A DNA stretch of 63,588 bases, filler included, from Aduncisulcus paluster (lineage: Eukaryota), in assembly GCA_024181965.1 (NCBI GenBank). It is 18 parts of 18 records of this genome, joined end to end, with 100 filler letters (N's around TTAATTAATTAA, not from the genome) between each part and the next. Parts side by side here need not be neighbours in the genome. Positions count along the whole stretch, not along the records: positions 59,082 to 61,555 come from BQXS01011998.1; positions 61,656 to 63,588 come from BQXS01012000.1; 16 more parts are not named here. One strand, written 5' to 3'. A model generated the notes under the pieces. That model ran no database searches and was not told the DNA's origin. It saw only the letters and a program-made list of their open reading frames with translations. Of the stretch, positions 61,194 through 63,588 are shown piece after piece. Both the position numbers and the translations under genes were made by a program. Each line of letters begins with the position of its first letter. Within the stretch, counting starts at the first letter, position 1.

Positions 61194-61555
61194 TTACTTT
61201 TTGTCCTGCATTTCGATGATTCCTGAATCGGGAACATATTTTGAACTATGATCTTTTCTGTCTTGTTGTTGGAGGAAAGAAGAGGATGAAATTGGAGCCT
61301 GAGTAGGTGAGATAAATGATCTTGAGGTGGATGTTTTGGTATCTTCGTCATATGAGGACTGGTTGTGGGAATATGAATTCTCAGAGATGTCAGACATTCT
61401 GTACTGTTTAGAATAGCCTTTCCTCTTCATGAATGACTCTGATCCAATTGATTGCTTTTCATTGAGCACTACTTGACGCACTCTAACATGCCCATACACT
61501 TCAATGGACTTGATCAGACCCGTTTGAGCGGTGGAAGTGACTTCTTTGAGAGATT
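61194..61555 (-). CDS. Hypothetical protein C-terminus
   Basis: Ser-rich ORF near the contig edge. Confidence 0.45.
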
Positions 61556-61655
61556 NNNNNNNNNNNNNNNNNNNNNNNNNNNNNNNNNNNNNNNNNNNNT
61601 TAATTAATTAANNNNNNNNNNNNNNNNNNNNNNNNNNNNNNNNNNNNNNNNNNNN

Positions 61656-62473
61656 AGTACACAAATTTCACTTACTTGAAACATTTGATGTACGCTGCTG
61701 TTGAAGAGAACCCTGACATCCCTGTTGCTCTCCATCTCGACCATGGTGACACCCTCGACTCTGTCAAGAAGGCCATTGCTATTGGATTCACCTCTGTTAT
61801 GATTGATGCTTCTCACCACTCTTTCGAGGAGAATGTTCGTATCACCAAGGAAGTTGTTGAGTACGCTCATGCTCGTGGTGTCTCTGTTGAGGCTGAACTT
61901 GGAACTCTCGGTGGAATTGAAGAGGATATCACTGGTGTTGTGAAACTCACTGATCCTGATCAAGCTGTTAAGTTTGTGGAGGAGACCGGTGTCGATTGTC
62001 TTGCTATTGCTATCGGAACCTCTCACGGTGCCTACAAATTCAAATCTGAGCCCAAACTTGCCATCGATCTCGTTAAGAAGATCTCTGACCGTGTTGGTAT
62101 TCCTTTGGTTATGCACGGATCTTCTTCTGTTCCTCAGGAACTTGTCAAGAAGATCAACCACTATGGTGGTAAGATGCCCGCTGCTTGTGGTGTTCCCGTT
62201 CCTGCCATTGTTGAAGCCATCTCCCAGGGTGTCAGCAAGATCAACGTCGATTCTGATTCTCGTATGGCTGTAACTGCTTCCATCCGTGAAGTTTTCACTG
62301 AGACTCCTTCTGAATTCGACCCTCGTAAATACCTCGGTCCCGGTCGTGACGCCATGTGTGAACTCCTTAAGACCAAGATGATTGCCTTTGGAACTGCTGG
62401 TCATGCTGATGATGAAGAATTCAAGAAGATCATCACATTGGATGAGATGAAGGAGGTCTACGCTAAGAAATAA
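61656..62473 (+). CDS. fba: Fructose-1,6-bisphosphate aldolase class II, 5' partial
   Basis: ALHLDHG, GFTSVMIDASH, VEAELG.LGGIE, LAIAIGTSHGAYKF, LVMHGSSSVP, KINVDSD, FDPRKYLGPGRD; strong codon bias. Confidence 0.96.
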
Positions 62474-63232
62474 GTTTAAATATATAATAAATTATATTTT
62501 TCCTTGAATTCTGATTTTTTATTCATTCCTAGCACGTCCTCGAATGATTCTATCCCAAAACCCGATTTGAAATCAATTACATAATAGTAATCAAATATTG
62601 TTTTATAAATCATGATTTTATAAATATTATCAACCAGAATATTTCTATTGTTTTACAGAATAATGCTCTAAAATCAAATTATGATTTTGACGATCCTAAA
62701 CTCGCTCTCTGGAATACATTTCAATTTTAATATTATGACATGTTTGTATGCAAATTAAAAGTGTCTCTCACTTACAATATACTCTGGTTTAACAACTGAA
62801 CTTTGCCAAAGTTTATTAATATAGCCAGTGGCTCCAAACTTGTATATAAAGTTGTTTAAAATCAAGAAATTTATTCGTGGGATACGTACTATTATCCGTG
62901 ATTTTCTTCAAGAGTTCCTTTTAATATTGGGAGAGAAATACAAACCTCTTTTTAAGAAGAACAGACTGGCAGCAACAAAAGGTCATCTTTTTTGGTGGCA
63001 AAATTATGTTGGATTGTTTCCATGGAACTATTGATAATCTTTCATCTGCAATAAATTCTTCTGGCATCCTAAATAACTTTTAAAAAATGAATCAAGTTGA
63101 TCATGTCAAACAACAGAGGAATCACTTAAGTCCAGCATTGGGATTTTGAAAACAAAAAGAACGAATATATCACCAATAATTAATATAATAGATAATATAA
63201 AACATATTTAATAGTCATTTCAAACAAGAACA

Positions 63233-63529
63233 ATGGATTACAGAAAGGATGACTCAACGGATCATCATGAACGCGATGATCACGAAGAACTATCAAAAAT
63301 TGATGCATTAATCTCAAAAGCTTTAAGTTCAGAGATGGAATTAATTCAAAAAATTCATGACTTTCTTAGAAAAAAAGAAATTGCAGAAATAAGGGTGAAA
63401 ATGGCTGAGATTCGAGTTCGAGAAGCAGAAAGGAGAGTTATTGAAGCAGAAGAAAGAGTTTCGATGGCAATGATAAAATTAAGTTTGGTTCAAAACGAGA
63501 TAAATGCAGAGAAAAAGGATGAAAACTAA
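63233..63529 (+). CDS. Small hypothetical coiled-coil protein
   Basis: 98 aa with AE.RV heptad repeats. Confidence 0.45.
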   Translation: MDYRKDDSTDHHERDDHEELSKIDALISKALSSEMELIQKIHDFLRKKEIAEIRVKMAEIRVREAERRVIEAEERVSMAMIKLSLVQNEINAEKKDEN

Positions 63530-63588
63530 GCAATATGCTGAACATGATAATATAAGATTGTTTTATCAGAAATTGGGATAAGCAGATC

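Overview
This is not one locus. It is about 18 short contigs of an AT-rich eukaryotic draft genome, joined by artificial N44-TTAATTAATTAA-N44 linkers. Three internal N20 gaps have duplicated flanks. GT(ATGT)..AG spliceosomal introns, standard stop codons, class II aldolase and expanded orphan families suggest a free-living fornicate (Carpediemonas-like, e.g. Aduncisulcus); this attribution is inference. Recognisable genes: P4-ATPase tail, prosaposin-like protein, SmF, prefoldin 4, CHY zinc finger, ARPC4, SMC4 fragment, bacterial-type SelD fragment, eIF2-beta, FBA class II, RING, SH3, kinase, LRR/EGF and Ig-repeat proteins. Mobile DNA: three Ty3/Gypsy pieces, a DIRS-like tyrosine-recombinase retroelement, and several decayed fragments resembling a Fanzor/TnpB-like RNA-guided nuclease. 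Best leads: (1) a multi-copy Fanzor-like family; (2) two divergent Gypsy elements with ~130-bp LTR candidates, each carrying a different perfect 14-bp palindrome where the tRNA primer-binding site should be; (3) a divergent homeodomain; (4) the DIRS element with overlapping ORFs. All protein calls come from motif recognition by eye, not from database searches.
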